From NCBI GenBank assembly GCA_964016885.1, contig OZ024743.1, forward strand, positions 111,042,001-111,106,000: a stretch of 64,000 nt of DNA. The letters are read 5' to 3'. The notes under the pieces are model-generated. The model saw only the letters and a list, made by a program, of their open reading frames with translations, was not told where the DNA came from and searched no databases. The stretch's first letter is position 1. Each line of letters begins with the position of its first letter. This stretch comes from Eledone cirrhosa (lineage: Eukaryota). Below are positions 62,383 to 64,000 of this stretch, in pieces. The translations under genes and the position numbers were made by a program.

Positions 62383-63339
62383 ACTAGACATGAAAAATGC
62401 GCAAGCTCAAAAGTGCCACAGAATGTTATAATAAACCTTCAAAAGTGTGGGACTAGAGTTGTTGCTAAAAAATATTGTAATCATTATATATCGTACATTC
62501 TGTGGCATCCTTTATAAAAATAGCTTAAACCAACGAAGCCTTTATTTTTACGCTATTTCACTTAGTTAATTCTTAGAGTGTAACATATAAAAATAAATAC
62601 ATCTATGTTTAATGTAATAACAGCTATAAATAATTACGTAATATTATTATCATATACTCATAGTAACAAAATAATTGTGTTGAAACTTAATATGATGCTT
62701 ATATGAACGATCAAATCTATAATGATAATTTCTTAAATATACTAATAGTAAAATAATTTAGTTATATATTGTTACATTTTCATAGAACTATAATATTAAC
62801 AATCGTATTGCATTATCAAATTTTTATCACTACAAACTTTCATATTGGAATTACCTTAAGCCACTTATTATTACTTCGCTTTCGTACTTTTACAGCTGTA
62901 GATATTGCGCTGTATCTTATATCTAATATCAATATCTCGTGGTAATTTGCATGAAGTGTAAAATAGGTTTATTAATAACTTTAATATGAAATGTATTATA
63001 CAGGGCTGCGGAGTCGGTCAAAAATTGACTGGCTCCAACTCAGGATCCGATACTCCATTATTTCCTAAATTTCAGCTCCGCAGCTCTGTTATTATATTAA
63101 TTAATTTATTTTATAGTTGTAAATCATATTTTTATATGTTACACTCTAAGAATTAACTAAGTGAAATAGCGTAAAAATAAAGGCTTCGTTGGTTTAAGCT
63201 ATTTTTATAAAGGATGCCACAGAATGTACGATATATAATGATTACAATATTTTTTAGCAACAACTCTAGTCCCACACTTTTGAAGGTTTATTATAACATT
63301 CTGTGGCACTTTTGAGCTTGCGCATTTTTCATGTCTAGT
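62383..63339. repeat. 213-bp apparently perfect inverted repeat pair (62383-62595 / 63127-63339) around an AT-rich spacer
   Basis: actagacatgaaaaatgcgc... and ...gcgcatttttcatgtctagt; no mismatch found by eye. Confidence 0.9.
63001..63088. mobile_element. 88-bp hAT-type MITE
   Basis: TIRs cagggctgcggag / ctccgcagctctg; 8-bp flanks gtattata / ttattata (7/8 TSD). Confidence 0.8.
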
Positions 63340-63478
63340 ATATATATCACTAACAAGAATAAAGATGTCGTGGAAATTTATAAATTCCTAAATGTATAAA
63401 TTTATTATAATAGATTGAAGTGAAAGGAGCTAGTGCGTGTGATTCTTATTGGCAACATGACCCTCCCAATCTATAACA

Positions 63479-63521
<43 letters not shown>

Positions 63522-64000
63522 ATAAAAATTATTTGAGTATATAGGCGTTCTTTGATTGCTTTTTTCTATATATATATATATATATATATATTTACATATA
63601 TGTATATATATATATATGTGTGTGTATATGTGTGTATGAATGTGTGTGTGCATGTGTGTGAGTGAGTGTGTGTGTGTGCATACGTATATATATAGGCAAC
63701 TGTGTGTATATAGATATACGATACAGATATTTAAAGGCATTTCATTGTTATGTTGCAGACAATTGACAATGTCGAGGTAGACATTTACATTTCTGATATT
63801 TCTTTATTCTTTATTGTTTTCAGTTACTGTACACCTGCGGTTATCTTATGATACAATTTTAAAAGAAAATGTCTAAATAGGTTTCCTCAATAACGTTCAT
63901 ATATGTAGAGCTGTGTTGTAAGACTTTACGTTGTTGCTGGGACCAATCTTTATTGCGAAAAGAAGAAAACAGTTTAGTATATTTGTTTATTGCAAGTAAT

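Overview
AT-rich eukaryotic (metazoan) intergenic DNA. The SINE family and microsatellite load suggest a cephalopod such as octopus, but that is inference. I found no supportable host gene. Roughly half the window is recognisable retroelements: a near-complete Neptune-type Penelope-like element (PLE, 26131-31265, minus), a Nematis-type PLE 3' end, two long and two degraded Tx1/L1-clade LINEs, an R4/Dong-type element, several RTE-clade and CRE-clade remnants, and more than 15 copies of one tRNA-derived SINE. Many of these sit in (TA)n, (ATT)n or (CTAT)n microsatellites. Two things stand out. (1) The apparently featureless DNA between the TEs repeatedly translates, always on the minus strand, into decayed parvovirus/densovirus-like NS1 (HUH nuclease plus SF3 helicase) and capsid-like motifs in NS1-then-VP order. 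This suggests a co-oriented array of about 6-7 mutually divergent endogenous parvoviral elements (manual motif reading of broken frames; needs HMM confirmation). (2) There are ten type I hammerhead ribozyme motifs from five families. They include an ORF-less ~470-500 bp tandem-plus-inverted retrozyme-like array, three families with a U-U at the base of stem II, and a PLE inversion junction 1 nt from the predicted self-cleavage site.
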